From positions 62,001 to 126,000 of the forward strand of contig JAXLNO010000913.1 in the NCBI GenBank assembly GCA_038087875.1: DNA of 64,000 nt. Direction: 5' to 3'. Positions 1-14,135 of this stretch are shown one piece after another. The translations under genes were made by a program, and so were the position numbers. Each line of letters opens with the position of its first letter. The first letter of the stretch is position 1. The notes under the pieces were generated by a model that saw only the letters and a list, made by a program, of their open reading frames with translations, did not search any database and was not told the origin of the DNA. Source of the DNA: Malacoraja senta (lineage: Eukaryota).

Positions 1-79
1 GAAGTGGTACAAGAACTGTATAAATTTACGTTATTGCAGATTACTGTAATGTAAAATTTAAAAAAAGGAAAAAAAAAAA

Positions 80-1272
80 ATACATTCCAAGAAATCCTCT
101 TCCTCAGCACCCCTGCCAATTTGATTCACCCAATCTATATGTAGATTAAAGTCACCCATTATAACTGTTTTACCTTTGTTGCATGCATTTCTAATTTCCT
201 GTTTGATGCCATCCCCAACTCCACTACTACTGTTAGGTGGCCTGTACACAACTCCCACTAGCGTTTTCTGCCCCTTAGTATTTTGCAGCTCTACCCATAT
301 CGATTCCACATCCTCCAAGCTAATGTCCTTCCTTTCTATTGCGTTAATCTCTTTAACCAGCAATGCTACCCCACCCCCTTTTCCATTCTGTCTATCCATC
401 CTGAATATTGAATATCCCTGGATGTTCAGCTCCCAGCCTTGGTCACCCTGGAGCCATGTCTCCGTGATCCCAACTATATCATATTCATTAATAACTATCT
501 GCACATTTAATTCATCCACCTTATTACGAATGCTCCTTGCATTGAGACACAAAGCCTTCAGGCTTGTTTTTACAACACACTTACCCCTTATACAATTATG
601 TTGAAAAGTGGCCCTTTTTGATTTTTGCCCTGGATCTTTCTGCCTGCCACTTTTACTTTTCACCTTGCTACCTATTGCTTCTACCCTCATTTTACACCCC
701 ACTGTCTCTCTGCTCATGCTCCCATCCCCCTGCCACATTGGTTTAAATCCTCCCCGACAGCACTAGCAAACACTCCCCCAAGGACATTGGTTCCATTCCA
801 GCCCAGGTGCAGACCGTCCTGTTTGTACTGGTCCCACCACCCCGAGAACTGGTTCCAATGCCCTAGAAATTTGAATCCCTCCCCCTTGCACCATTTTTCA
901 AGCCACGTATTCATCTGCAATATCCTCCTATTTATACTCTGACTAGCATGTGGCACTGGTAGTAATCCAGAGATTATGACCTTTGAGGTCTACTTTTAAG
1001 TTTATCTCCTAGCTCCCTAAATTCGCCTTGTAGGGCTTCATCCCGTTTTTTACCTATATCGTTGGTGCCAATGTGCACCATGACAGCTGGCTGTTCACCC
1101 TCCCCCTCCAGAATGTTCTGCAGCCGTTCAGTGACATCCCTGATTCTTGCACCAGGGAGGCAACATACCATCCTGGAGTCTCGTTTGCGGCCGCAGAAAC
1201 GCCTATCTATTCCCCTTACAATTGAATCCCCTATTACTATAGCCCTTCCACTCTTTTTCCTCCCCTCCTGTG
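80..1272 (-). mobile_element. CR1 LINE 5' fragment: ORF1 SGNH-esterase plus N-terminal APE endonuclease
   Basis: Translations GDSIVRG, HIGTND, DGLHL (ORF1, frameshifted) and CLNARSI, ITETWL, GGGVALLV, VYRPP, MGDFN (APE endonuclease); 3'-truncated. Confidence 0.9.
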
Positions 1273-2220
1273 CCAAGACAATACATGATTACAATCGAGC
1301 CATTCGGTGTACAGATACATGATAAGGGAATAACTTTTAGTACAAGGTGAAGCCAGTAAAGTCTGATCAAATATTCTCTGAGAGTCCCCAATGAGGTAGA
1401 TAGTAGTTCAAGACTGCTCTTTGGCTGCGGTAGAATGGTTCAGTTGTCTGATAACAGCAAATCTAACTTGGAAAGAAACTCCCTGAATCTGGAGGTGTGT
1501 GTTTTCACACTTCTATACCTTTTGCCTGATGGGAGAGGGGGGAAGAGGTGCGACCCATCCTTGATTATGGTGCTGGCCTTGCCGGGGCAACATGAGGTAT
1601 GAATGGAGTCAATGGAAGGGAGGTTGCTTTTGTGTGATGGTCCGAACTGTCCATAATTTGCTGCAATTTCTTGTGGATGGAGCTGTTCCCAAACATAACA
1701 GTGATAATAATAATAATAATAATAATCATTTTATTTACTGGCGCCTTTCTAAAACCCAAGGACACCTTACAATGCATAGAATCACAAAAAAATACAAAAC
1801 ACATAATCGGAATAAATTAAATATAAAAACATCACAGTACACAAATCAAGGACAGAATTCAATTTCAAGAGCACCAAAAGAAAATAAGAAACACAATTTG
1901 ATGCGATAGAATGCTTTCTAAGACGCATCTGTAAAAGTTGGTGAGGGTTGACGGGAACATTCCGAGGAAGGAAGTAGGAAGTAGAGGTGTTGGTGTGCTA
2001 TCTTGGTTGTTGCTTCAATGTGGGGGTCCAGGAGGTTGTTGGTGATATTTTCTCCTCGGAATTTGAAGTTTTCAACCATCTCCATGGTGTAAAGGAAGTA
2101 GAGCAGGGGGACCAAAGCACACAGCCTGGAGGTGCACCTGTGGTTCATGGTCAGTATGGAGGAGATGTTGTCACTGATCCACAAAGACTGAAGACAGTTA
2201 ATGAGGAAGCCAAGAATTGA
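1273..2220 (-). mobile_element. Degenerate Rex-Babar-type LINE fragments, interrupted by an (AAT)n-tailed insert
   Basis: Degenerate similarity to the DUF1891-region and 3' end of the element at 23038-24170; (AAT)n at ~1704-1727. Confidence 0.55.
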
Positions 2221-2951
2221 GTTGCAAAAGCATCTTTGACTTCCTCACTGTTGACCCTCTGTCATGAATAAAGCCTCAAATCTAACTTGACATATATAAT
2301 TATTTTTCAAAACAAATAGAATCAAATAATTTTAGAACAATTTCTAAATTCTAAATGGAAGATGATTTAAACATGAATACTTAGAACATAATCCCTTATA
2401 GAAGATGAGAAACTTGTTAACATATCACTAATTGATAAATGACATGACTTTTTTTCAACCACAGACACAGGATCTTAGATGGGAATAGAAACCGTGAATC
2501 CGTTTTCAAAGATAAAATCCTTTAGCGATGGGACTTTCATAATTAAAGAGTTCAGATGTACAGGATTAAGTATATATATGTGAATGCAAAAATGCTACTA
2601 ATGTTATTATTTATCTGTTGGACCATACATACATACATACATAGAGGGATAGTTGAAAATAACAACAGTTAGAAATTGAAATCTTTCACTCCTGATGTTC
2701 TGGGACAATAGTCATAGTCAAGGATTAACAATGCAGCAGGAGCACGGCCCAGTGATTGAACAATTATCTACAAGAAATGGACTGAAAAACAGCACTCCAC
2801 CATTACTGTTTGCTTCCATCCATGAAGTTAATTCTCTATCCAGTCTGCTAGCTCTTCCTGGATCCTATGATATCTAACCTTCTAGAGCTAGACACAAAAT
2901 GCTGGAATAACTCAGCAGGACAGGCAGCATCTCTGGAGAGAAGGAATGGGT

Positions 2952-2979
2952 GACGTTTCGGGTCGAGACCCTTCTTCAG
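2952..2979 (-). ncRNA. Minimal hammerhead ribozyme core (GUC variant, putative)
   Basis: CUGAAGA agggUCUCGAccc GAAAC GUC within a solo Penelope repeat at ~2888-2980. Confidence 0.55.
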
Positions 2980-3459
2980 ATACATGGGAACTGTATTGAA
3001 TGCCTTGCTGAAAAACATATTGACAATGTCTATGGCTTAGCCCTCATCAACATTTGTTGTTACAACTTCAAAAAATCTAATCTGATTTGTAGGCATGATC
3101 TCCCACAAACAAAACCATGCTGACCATCCCTAATCAACCTCAGTGTATCCAAATGCATATAAATACTCTCATAATCTTCTGTACTTCTATCAGCCTCCAA
3201 TGCCTAAAGAAAATCATTCAAGTGTATCCAATCTCTTTTACAGCAGTAAGGGTCTCGATCCAAAACGTCACCCATTCCTTCTCTCCAGAGATGCTGCCTG
3301 TCCCGCTGGGTTACTCCAGCATTTTGTGTCCATCTCTGCTTACAGCTAATACCCTCCAATCCAGGCAACATTTTCGGGAACCTCTTTCACACCGTTTCCA
3401 CATTCTTCCTATAGTGCGGTAACCAGAACTCTGCTCAACTCTCTAAATTGAGCCATTGC

Positions 3460-4330
3460 AGATGCAGATCCATTGGGTCTGCTCCCCCAACGCAATATTC
3501 CAGCACTCACCCATTCCCCCAATGCAACCCGTTCCCCCAACGCAACGTGGGAATGTGCGGGGGGGCAGGGTGTGTGTGGGGGAGGGGTGAGGGGGGTGTT
3601 TGGAAGGGATAACTTCATGGCTTTGCAATTTTGGTCCTTTCTTGCTCGGAGCAAATTTCAGAACGATGTGCATTGAAGTCTCTATGGTTTCTGAGCTGTT
3701 GTCAGGAATGTGAAATTGGAGAATGACCTTGAATAACTTTAGAAACTGGTCTGTAAGTGGGATTGAATTCCTTTACTACGGTGTTGAGTTGGCCGTATTA
3801 CTTTCGAATCTCTTTTGGTACATGCTGGGAAATGTGTGGGAGGGGTGGTGAGGAAGGGGTACCGTGCTGTGGGAGGAAGGGAGGCCACAGGCAGGCGTGG
3901 ACCCAAGGACCCAAGCGGGGCTGCAGGCAGGCGTGGACCCGAGGAACCGAGCGGGGCCACGGGCGGGCGTGGACCCGAGAGAGGCCGCAGGCGGTCATGG
4001 ACCCGCGCGAGGCCGCGGGCCTGTGTAAAACGGGCGCTGACCCGAGCCATGGTGCTCACCCACCTCATTGTGACGTCAGCAGTCGAAGCTGGTTGAAGAA
4101 TCTCTGAAAGGCGGTTTAAAAAGGCTGTTTTGTCTTTTTTTAAATTTTATTCACCAATAACGTGAAATATAGGATGAAATCTTAAGTGATCCTGATCACT
4201 GCGTGCAGGGGAAAAATGTGTCAGAATATGTAAAAATGTAAATGCTACCGCGTAGCGTTTTGGCGAAAATACAAAAACACATACACACATACACACACAT
4301 ACAAGATGAGACTTTTATAGGTATAGAGAT
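3460..4330 (+). mobile_element. Helitron/Helentron-like non-autonomous element
   Basis: 5' hairpin gcagatccattgggtctgc, internal ~36-nt GC-rich tandem units (3886-4020), CA-rich microsatellite, then aagatgagacttttataggtatagagat end; no TIR or TSD. A related 3' end occurs at 61965-62170. Confidence 0.5.
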
Positions 4331-5169
4331 ATCCAACTTTTATACTGTCCCATTAGCTCAAACGATTAAAAGATCAGCATTACCCAGGACACATGATAGG
4401 TTGGTATTTTATTAAAAACTTAGAAACGACATACTCAGGAATCCAAAATGTAAGTAATGCATATTTCTGTATTTTTTTAACACTAATAAAAGGTTTCTCA
4501 TATTTCTTCATCTAAAAGAGTAAATTTAAAACCATTTTGAAGAGAGATTTCCTATGAGTGCATAGTGTGGACTTTACCTTATTTCCTTGTGCTCAGAGCA
4601 GCAAAAACAATATTAAATTGTTCAAGCTGCAGATTAATGGATAGCATTACAGAAACAGCAGTGAAAATTTATCCAAACAAGTAACTACTGGAAATTCATA
4701 CCACTGCTTCATAATCTGTTTCATTACCAATCCCTGTAATGATGTGGCTCACAGTAGTTCTTTATGTCTACACACAAAACCGTGTTTCATAAGACATGTT
4801 GAAGGGAAAACAAGGTCAATGTTTTTTCAGGCACGCTGCCTCGAAGCTTGTCTTTTAGATTTGACAGAAAGAGTCCAGACTTGGTTTTGGAACTAGTAAT
4901 TCTCTACCTATGAAACTGAGCAAAGTTATACTCACAGAATTGCCCAATATTGAATCAGTCTGTCAGTATGGTGATATCTGCAGGGAATGGGTGGGAGCCA
5001 GTAAATAGGGTGCATGGCTGATTTGGAGGTTGCCATATTTTTAGCTGGATAAATGTTTATCCAGACTGACACACTATTTTATTTCTTTGGAAAATAAGAT
5101 TTTCTAAGAGGTTGATGGCTGAAGAAGGGTAAAGAATATTTTTCCATTAGTCCACTGTGCACAAGAGGG

Positions 5170-5485
5170 GATGAGATAGGGTAAATGTAGAGACGTTTAC
5201 CCAGAGGAAAGGAATCAAGAACTAGAGAACATAGATTTAAGGTGAAGGGAAAAGGTTTAATAGGAAGATGAGGGGCAACTTTTTTAATACAAAGGTTGGT
5301 GGGTGTATGGAATGAGCTGCCGGAGGAGGGAGTTGAAGCAGGTACTATCACAACGTTTAAAAAACATTTGGACAGGGACATAGATAGGATAGGTTTAGAA
5401 CAATATGGGTCAAAAGGAGGGTGGTGGGACGAGTGTAGATGTGGCATGTTGGTCAGAAGGGTCTGTTTCCACTGTATGACTGTGT
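5170..5485 (+). mobile_element. CR1 LINE 3' fragment
   Basis: RVVGVWNELPEEGVEAGTITTFKKHLD and CR1 3'UTR. Confidence 0.8.
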
Positions 5486-5659
5486 CTCCAGTGCTTCTGT
5501 TGAAAATGCTAAAATGTTGAGACTTTTTCAAGGACATTGAATTTTTTTGCATTCGGTGAGGTAGATACAGAGAAATAATTTTACATCATGCGAAGAAATA
5601 ATTCTCTTCTTCGTGCCACACAGTATGGACACAAGCTCTTTAGATGACTGAGTAAATAT

Positions 5660-6490
5660 TGTGTAAGAAGGAACTGCAGATGCTGGTTTAAACCAAAGAT
5701 AGACACAAAAAGCTGGAATAACTCAGGGGGACAGGCAGCATCTCTGGAGAGAAGGAATGGGTGATGTTTCGGGTCAAGACCCTTCTTCAGATTGGTTAGG
5801 GATAAGGGAAATGAGAGATATAGACAGTGATGTGGAGAGATAAAGAACAATGAATGAAAGAAATGCAAAAAATTAACGATGATAAAGGAAACAGGCCATT
5901 GTTAGTTGTTCGTTGGGTGAAAATGAGAAACTAGTGCAACTTGGGTGGGGGAGGGATAGAGAGAGAGGGAATGCCAGGGTTACTTGAAGTGAGAGAAATC
6001 AAAATTCATACCACTGGGCTGTAAGCTGCCTAAACGAAATATGAGATGCTGGTCCTCCAATTTGCGTTCAGCTTCACTCTGACAATGGAGAAGGCCTAGG
6101 ACAGAAAAGTCTGTATAGGAATGGGAAGGAGAATTAACGTGTCCGGCAACCTGGCGATCAGGTAGGTTCAGGCGGGCTGAGCGAAGGTATTCCATGAAAC
6201 AATCGCCCAGTCTGCGTTTGGTCTCGCCGATATATAAGACTCCACATCTTGAACAACAGATACAGTAAATGAGGTTGGAGGGGGTTCAAGTGAATCTCTG
6301 CCTAACCTGAAAGGACTGTCGGGGTCCCTGGACAGAATCGAGGGAGGAGGTATAGTAACAGGTGTTGCATCTTCTGCGTTTGCAGGGGAAGGTACCTAGA
6401 AGGAGGGGGTGGTTTGGGTGGGAAAAGATGAGTTAATCAGGGAGTTGCGGAGGGAACGGTCCCTGCAGAAGGCGGAAAGGGGTGGGATCC
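5660..6490 (-). mobile_element. Penelope-like element fragment (GIY-YIG region plus terminal repeat)
   Basis: Degenerate ...YIGETKRRLGDCF.EYLRSA..., HLIFRLGSLQPSGMN; terminal repeat with hammerhead-like core at ~5762-5790. Confidence 0.8.
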
Positions 6491-6984
6491 CTTTGGAGGT
6501 GGCGTTTCAATTGTTCAGAATCCTGGTGGCTCACCTTAATCTTTATGCTAGTGTATGCCTTTTTTTTTCTAATATGCTCATTTATTTTCCTGGAAACAAT
6601 CTGAGAGATTAACTCCAAACTCTCATGTTTTGGGGAATATATTTGAATTGCCTCTCATCTCAGGGCATCTGAGCCAGCTGTTATTGCAGATATGTGAAAG
6701 AGCAAGGCCCAAAGATCTAGTTGCAATCTATATTTCTCAAAAGCCTTGTGAAACTACCTCTGATGCATATGGTTTGGCACAGACCAAGCTTTTGGAGTGT
6801 GTACAAGTGTTGGGCTCCTTAGAGATAAAAACATCAAGTGCTTTAATTCTTAAACGTCACAAACAGGGTGTTTGGCACTGCTGGTTTCTCGTTATTGGAA
6901 ATTTAGCCCATGTGTTTAGAATTCTATTGTGGAGTATTGATTCAGGAAACTAAATGCCCTTTTGTCTCTATCGGGAGGCTGCAG

Positions 6985-7360
6985 GGCAGCACAGTGGAGC
7001 AGCCGGCAGAGCTGCTGCCTCAGCGCCAAAGAGCTGGGTTTGATTCTGACCTCGGGTGCTGTTTGTGTAGAGTTTTCACGTTTTCCCTGTGACCGCATGG
7101 GTTTCCTTGGGGTGGTCCAGTTTCCTCTCACATCCCAAAGATGTGTGGGTTTGTAGGCTAATTGGCCTCTGTAAATTGCTCCTAGTGTGTAGGGAGAATG
7201 TGGGATAACATGAGGGATAAAACTGGTATGAGCGGGTGATTGATGGTCGGTTAGGCAAATTCCTTGTAGGTGTGCATACTTGGCTAATAAACATTTATTC
7301 ATTCATTCGTTTGCTGGGCTGAAGGGCCTGTTTCCATGCTGAATCTCTAAAATCACTAAA
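6985..7360 (+). mobile_element. HE1-like tRNA-derived V-SINE
   Basis: A/B-box-like head (ggcagcacagtggagcagc...gggtttgattc), V-domain-like core, CR1-derived tail gggctgaagggcctgtttcc. Confidence 0.8.
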
Positions 7361-8394
7361 AGCCACAAGCCACCACACTCTGCTAGAGCTGCAATCATAT
7401 TGGTGGGTGGAAGGCCTCCCCAGTGGCCCTGCTACCCAACACATATCTGGAAAGCCTGTTCTCCATGTCTTTACACAGTTTCCATATCCTAGCTGTAACT
7501 TTCCTATATTTAAAAAAATGACCATACATTGTCACCACAAGGATCTTCATGCTGTCTGCCAAAGGGCCTGTTCTTGTGTGGACACTCAAACTTTTGTCAG
7601 TGGAGTGATATTTTTGAGAATGGCAATGTAATACATTCAAAATATATTTCCAATTGCACATAATCAGCCACTGTGGTTTGTAATGCTAATTAAAATCATC
7701 AGATATATTTCAGCCAATTGTTGTTCTCTTAAACCAGAGTAGCACATTAGACACACATGGCATTTGTTCTCGGGTGACGAGTTTTGCCAAAATTCCTTAC
7801 AGTCATAGAGGGTGGATGCACTATCTATTAAAATTGTTTTCAGGGGAACTATGCAGACTTGTGTGTTCCATCAATCCATTCACTGTATATTGCAATTATA
7901 GAATCTATACGATTATAGACTCCTGTTAGGCTTTTCTGTTGATCGTGTCAACAAGGAAAACAAATTCAACAGTCATCAGAGACAAACTGGAGTAGTGATC
8001 TAAAATCAGAAATTAAAATAAACTTTACCCAGGGGACTTTATTTTCCATCTACAGCCCTGTTAAAATGTGTTTGTGGTAATTAGGTTCCATCCTGGATTT
8101 TCTGCATGGAGGCTGAATACATAAAATTAATTAAAATGTGGCCTATTTAAAATTATGTAGCAGGCTTCTGGCTTTAATCGTTTAAATAACCATCATACAT
8201 TATGTAAAAGTAATGCATGTTATTTTTCTGGGTAATTAATTTCTGCAACATGTTTAATGCAACATGTTTCGGGAACATGTTTAATTTCAGAATACATTTC
8301 TGGTGATCGACTGTTAAGTTTGCAGCTTAGAATGGTCCTAGAAACATGCAAACCCAGAAAGCTTTGGAAATTGGTCCTAAAATGTGTTGAGTGT

Positions 8395-8745
8395 AGGGCC
8401 TGTCCCACTGACGCAACTTTTTCGGTGACTGCCGGCACCCATCAGGTCGCCGAAAATTGTCAACATGTTGAAAATTCAGCGGCGACCAGAAAGACGCTAC
8501 GACTCTTTAGGTGACTAGGAGACCTGTCACGACCCCCTGGCGACATGCCCCCTGGTGACACCCCGCAACACCCGTGACATGTCGCCAGGGGGGTCGCCTG
8601 TATGGTCGTGAAAGGTCTCCTAGTCACCCAAAGAGTCGTAGTGTCTTTCTGGTCGCCTCTGAATTTTCAACATGTTGACATTTTTCGGCGACCTATGACA
8701 GGTGTCAGCAGTTGCCGAAAAAGTCGCGTAAGTGGGACAGACCCT
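8395..8745. mobile_element. PIF/Harbinger-type MITE, nearly fully palindromic
   Basis: Termini agggcctgtcccact / agtgggacagaccct; ~140-bp inverted arms; TTA on the right flank. Confidence 0.75.
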
Positions 8746-9049
8746 TTAGTTGACAATAAATATTGCCAAAAATGTCACTATAAAGATAATCAATATGCAC
8801 TTTATGTGAATCTCTGTCACGCCGCATCAAGTTGGCTAATGTCAAAATTTTGCTTTGGTGCCAACTGAAATTGAAGAGCCCTCTGGCCAAAACACACTGG
8901 CATGCCTACAAAACAACATCAGGCAGTGAATAGTTCCTGATGTGGCCTCCCTTACATTGGTGAGATCTAGTAGAGACTATGTTACCGTTTTGCTGAACTA
9001 CTGGTTTTCACAGTTGCCAACCATTTTAACACCCCTTCCCGTTCCCAGT

Positions 9050-9600
9050 CCTTGGCCTTCTCCATTGCAAAGAGTGATGCCACAGACAAAATGGAGGTTC
9101 AACACCTCATATTCCACTCGTGTAGCTTGGTATGAACATTGAATTATCCAACTTCAACTAATACCTCCCACCCCCTCGTTCTTTCCTCTGCCCCCCCATC
9201 CCAACTTGAAGCGCTCCCATTCCACCCACCCATTCCCACTTCTTTCCCCTTCTTGTACACGCATACCTCATCCCTGGGTCCCTCATTTCATTTTAACACC
9301 CCATCACTGCCTTCCCCTTGTCTCCTTCCACCTACATCCCTCCATCTGGCCTTACACTTTACCCTGCCTCTCCTCTCCTTTTCTGACACCCTTTTGTCTC
9401 CTTTTCACCTCTAGCCTTTGTCACATTCACCAATCAACCCCCCCTCACCTGTATCCACCTATCACCTGCCAGGCTTGTTTCACCCCCACCTCTTTTTTTA
9501 GCTTTCTCCCTACAAACAGTCTGAAGAAGTGTCCCGACCTTAAACATTGTCTGCCTATTCCCTCTCCATATGATATCTGCTGAGTTCCTCCAATACTTTG
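9050..9600 (+). mobile_element. Degenerate Penelope-like 3' fragment
   Basis: Decayed GIY-YIG C-terminus, pyrimidine-rich tract, and degenerate ctgaagaag...aaac repeat at ~9520. Confidence 0.65.
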
Positions 9601-9639
9601 TATTTGACAGTGAGTAGATCCAGACTTATATTGCATTAA

Positions 9640-11000
9640 CTCATAGAGTCATAGAGGGTTATACAGTGTGGAAACAGGCCCTTTGGCCCAACACCCACAC
9701 CGGCCAACATATCCCAGCTACACTAGTCCCACCCGCATGTATTTGGTACATATCCCCCCAAACTTGTCCTATCCATGTACTTGTTTAACTGTTTCTTACA
9801 CGTTGGGATAGTCCCAGCCTCAACTACCTCCTCTGGCAGCTTGTTCCATACTCCCACCACCCTTTGTGTGCAAAATTTACTGATCCGATTCCTATTAAAT
9901 CTTTTCCTCTTCACCTTGATCCTATATCCTCTGGTCCTCAATTCCCCTACTCTGGGCAAGAGATTATGTGCATCTACCCGATTTATTCCTCTCATGATTT
10001 GATACAACTTTATAAGATCACCCCTCATCCTCCTGCGCTCCAAGGAATAGAGACCCAGCCTACTCAACCTCTCCCTATAGCTCACACCTTCTAGTCCTGG
10101 CAACATCCTCGTAAATCTTATCTGAACTCTTTCAAGTTTGCAATATCTTTCCTATAACATGGTGCCCAGAACTGAACACAGTACTCTATATGCAGTCTCA
10201 CCAATGTCTTATACAACTGCAACATGACCTCCCAACTTCTATACTCAATACTCTGACTGATGAAGGCCAATGTGCCAAAGGCCTTTTTGACCGCCTTATC
10301 TACCTGTGGCTTAACCTTCAAGGAACCATGCACCTTGATCCCTCTGCTCTACAACACTCCCCAGAGGCCTACCATTTACTGTGTAGGTCCTGCCCTTATT
10401 AGACGTCCCAAAATGCAACACCTCACTTTCTCTGTATTAAATTCCATCAACCATTCCTCAGCCCACCTGGCCAATCGATCTAGATCCTGCTGCAATCTTT
10501 CACAACCATGTTCACTATCTGCAAAACCANNNNNNNNNNNNNNNNNNNNNNNNNNNNNNNNNNNNNNNNNNNNNNNNNNNNNNNNNNNNNNNNNNNNNNN
10601 NNNNNNNNNNNNNNNNNNNNNNNNNNNNNNNNNNNNNNNNNNNNNNNNNNNNNNNNNNNNNNNNNNNNNNNNNNNNNNNNNNNNNNNNNNNNNNNNNNNN
10701 NNNNNNNNNNNNNNNNNNNNNNNNNNNNNAAAATTTAACACTATATACTCCAAATGCGGCCTCACCAATGTCCTGTACAATTGTAACAGAACATACCAAC
10801 CTCTACTCAATACCCTCACTGATGATGGCCAAAGTCTATTTTATTGCCTTATATACTTGTGTTGCCATTTTCATCTAGTTGTGGACATGCATCCAAAGTC
10901 CCCCTGTACATCAATGTTCCTAACGTTCCTACCAATTACTACATTCTTTCCTTTTACATTTGACCTCTCAAAATGCCACATTTTGCCCAGATTATACTCT
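9640..11000 (-). mobile_element. CR1 LINE 3' fragments on both sides of an assembly gap
   Basis: LYKTLVRLHIEYCVQFW, LYSLERRRMRGDLI, RVVGVWNKLP; (ctatgact)-type tail at ~9640-9656. Confidence 0.85.
10530..10729. other. Assembly gap (200 N)
   Basis: Run of N. Confidence 0.99.
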
Positions 11001-11283
11001 GACCAGATATACTTGTCACTTGGCACATATTTTTTGAGTGTCTGGGTCCTCTGACCTTGAAGCTTTTAGACCATCCATATGAACAAATACCCCAACTATG
11101 GACAGACAAACAAATATGGTTATGACCACATTTGCTGTGCCAAGTAACAAATACGTCTGGTCTGAAAGTTTCCTTCATCTCTCTAGTGATGATGTGAAAT
11201 AACTTAAGATGAAGATGTCTATTCTGACTGGAGATCTGTGTCTAGTGATGTTTCATTTAGACAGCTGCACAACAAATACTGTA

Positions 11284-11515
11284 GGTTCACAAAAATGCTG
11301 GAGAAACTCAGCGGGTGCAGCAGCATCTATGGAGCGAAGGAAATAGGTAACGTTTTGGGCCGAAACCCTTCTTCATACATAGAGACCAGTCTGAAGAAGG
11401 GTTTCGGCCCGAAAGGTTACCTATTTCCTTCGCTCCATAGATGCTGCTGCACCCGCTGAGTTTCTCCAGCATTTTTGTGTACCTTCGATTTTCCAGCATC
11501 TGCAGTTCCTTCTTT
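11284..11515. mobile_element. Penelope terminal-repeat-derived hairpin element with hammerhead-like cores
   Basis: Two inverted copies of the repeat; 13-bp TSD aacaaatactgta at 11271-11283 and 11516-11528. Confidence 0.8.
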
Positions 11516-12027
11516 AACAAATACTGTAAGGTTGTTGTAGTAGGGAATTTTAACTTTCCAAATATTGACCGGGAAAATCATAGTGTGAAAGGTTTAGGTG
11601 GGGTGCAGTTTCTCAAAGGTGTTCAAGAGAGCTTTCTCCAACAATACATAGAGAACCCCACTCATGAGCGGACGACACTTGATCTAGTCTTATGAAATTG
11701 GGAAGGTCAAGTGTTCGTGGAGGAGCATTTTGAGACAAGTGTTCGATTAGGTTTAAGATAGTTATTGATAGGGACAGAGAGGGCTCACGAGTTAAATGCT
11801 AAATTGAGGTAAGGCCAACTTTCAGGGTATGAGAGAAAGTCTCGCTCAAGTTCATTGGAGCAGGTTGTTTGAAGGGAAAGGAACATCAGCCAAGTGGGAT
11901 GTTTTAAAAGTGTGATGACAAAAGCTCAGGATATGCACGTCCCCGTTAGAGTGAAGGCAAGGCTGGCAAATGTAAGGAAGCTTGGCTGTTGAGAGAAATA
12001 GAGGCATTGGTTAAGAATAAAAGATCA

Positions 12028-13448
12028 CATGGGAGAAACAGGGAGAGAGAAAGCAGGGAATTATAGACCAGTTAGCCTGACATCAGTGGTAGGGAAAATG
12101 TTGGAGTCGATTATTAAAGATGTAATAGCGGCGCATTTGATTAGTAATAACAGGATCGGTCCAAGTCAGCATAGATTTACCAAGAGGAAATCATGCTTGA
12201 CTAATCTTCTGGAATTTTTTGGGGATATAACAAGTAAAATGGACAAGGGAGAGCCAGTGGATGTGGTGTACCTGGACTTTCAGAAAGCATTTGATAAGGT
12301 CCCAAACAGAGATTAGTGGGCAAAATTAGAGCACATGGTATTGGGGTAGGGTATTGACATGGATAGAAAATTGGTTGGCAGACAGGAAACAAAGAGTAGG
12401 GATTAATGGGTCCCTTTCAGAATGGCAGGCTGTGACTAATGGGGTGCCGCAAGGTTCGGTGCTGGGACTGCAACTATTTTCAATATATATTAATGATTTA
12501 GATGAAGGAATTAAAAGTAACATCAGCAAATTTGCAGATGACACAAAGCTGGGTGGTAGTGTGAACTGTGAAAAGGATGCTATGAGGGTGCAGGGTGACT
12601 TGGACAGGTTGGGTGAGTGGGCAGATGCATAGCAGATGCAGTATAATGTGGATAAATGTGAGGTTATCCACTTTAGTAGCAAGAGCAAGAAGGCAGATTA
12701 TTATCTGAATGGTGTCAAGTTGGGAAAAGGGGAAGTACAACGAGATCTGGGAGTTCTTGTTCATCAGTCACTGAAAGTAAGCATGCAGGTACAGCAGGCA
12801 GTGAAGAAAGCTAATGGCATGTTGGCCTTCATAACGAGAGGAGTAAAGGATGAAAGAAGTCCTCCTGCAGTTGTAACACGGCCCTGGTGAGACTACAGCT
12901 GGAGTATTGTGTACAGCTTTGGTCTCCTAATTTGAAGACATTCTTGCTATTGAGGGAGCGCAGCATAAGTTCACGAGGTTAATTCCAGGGATGGCGGGAC
13001 TGTCATACGATGAAAAAATGGAGCAACTGGGCTTGTACTCACTGGAATTTGGAAGAATGAGACGGGATCTAATAGAAACATAAAATTATTAAGGGATTGG
13101 ACACGCTAAATGCAGACAACATGTTCCCGATGTTGGGGGAGTCCGGAACTAGGGACCATTAAGAATAAGGGGTAGGCCATTTAGAACTGAGATGAGGAAA
13201 AATGTTTTCACACAGAGAGTTGTGAATTTGTGGAATTCTCGGCCTCAGAAGGCAGTGGACACCAATTCACTGGATTCATTCAAAAGAGAGTTAGATAGAG
13301 CTCTTATGGCTAGTGGAATCAAGGGATATGGGGAGAAGGCAGGAACGGGATACTGATTGTGGAGGATCAGCCATGATCACATTGAATGGCCCTGGCTCAA
13401 AGGGCCAAATGGCCTACTCCTGCACCTATTGTCTATGTATCTATGTAT
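12028..13448 (+). mobile_element. 5'-truncated CR1 LINE nested in the host CR1
   Basis: GNYRPVSLTS, GVPQGSVLG, KFADDTKL with stops/frameshifts; (ctatgt)n tail at ~13432-13448. Confidence 0.85.
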
Positions 13449-14135
13449 GTAAAAAAGGGAAATCAGAAAGACCAAAAAGGGGCCATGAGATAGCTCTGGC
13501 AGATAGCATCAAGGACAATCCCAAGAGATTTTAAAAATTCATAAAAGGCTAACTAGAGAGAGAGAGTGGGACCCCTCAGGAATCAACGTGGTCACCTCTG
13601 TGTGAAGCCACAGGAGATGGGCAAGGTCCTCAATAAATATTTCTCCTCTGTATTTACCGAGGGGCAGTCAAAGGAAGTGTCTTGAGAGCAGTCAGTGTTA
13701 CGGTCGAAGAGGTGCTGAAGGTACAATCGTGTATGAAGGTAGACAAATCTCCAGGGCTTGGTCATATATATCTGAGGACATTGTGGGAAACCAAAGAGGA
13801 AGAAATTGCAGGAGCCCGGGTTGACATTTATGAGTCGTCTTTAAATACAGGAGAGGTGCCGGAAAACTGGAGGGTGACAAATGTTGTGCCTTTATTCAAG
13901 AAGGGCTGCAGGGAAAATGCTGGGAACTATAGGCCAGTGAACTTAACATTTGTTGTTGGAAAGTTACTAGAGGGTAGTCTCAGCGATAGGATATACAGGC
14001 ATTTAGGCGGACAAGGGCTGATTAGGCTTAGTCAGCATGGCTTTGTACGTGTGAGATCGTGTCACACCAATCTGATTGAGATTTTTGAAGACGTGACCAA
14101 AAAGGTCGCTGTAGATGTTGTATATATGGACTTCA

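Noticed and set aside
5624-5651. Possible plus-strand micro-exon (cacacag|TATGGACACAAGC..TGA|gtaaat); also an acceptor at ~2464
   Set aside because: Too short, with no recognisable protein match.
10260-11054. ORFs spanning the N gap
   Set aside because: Artefacts of translating through Ns.
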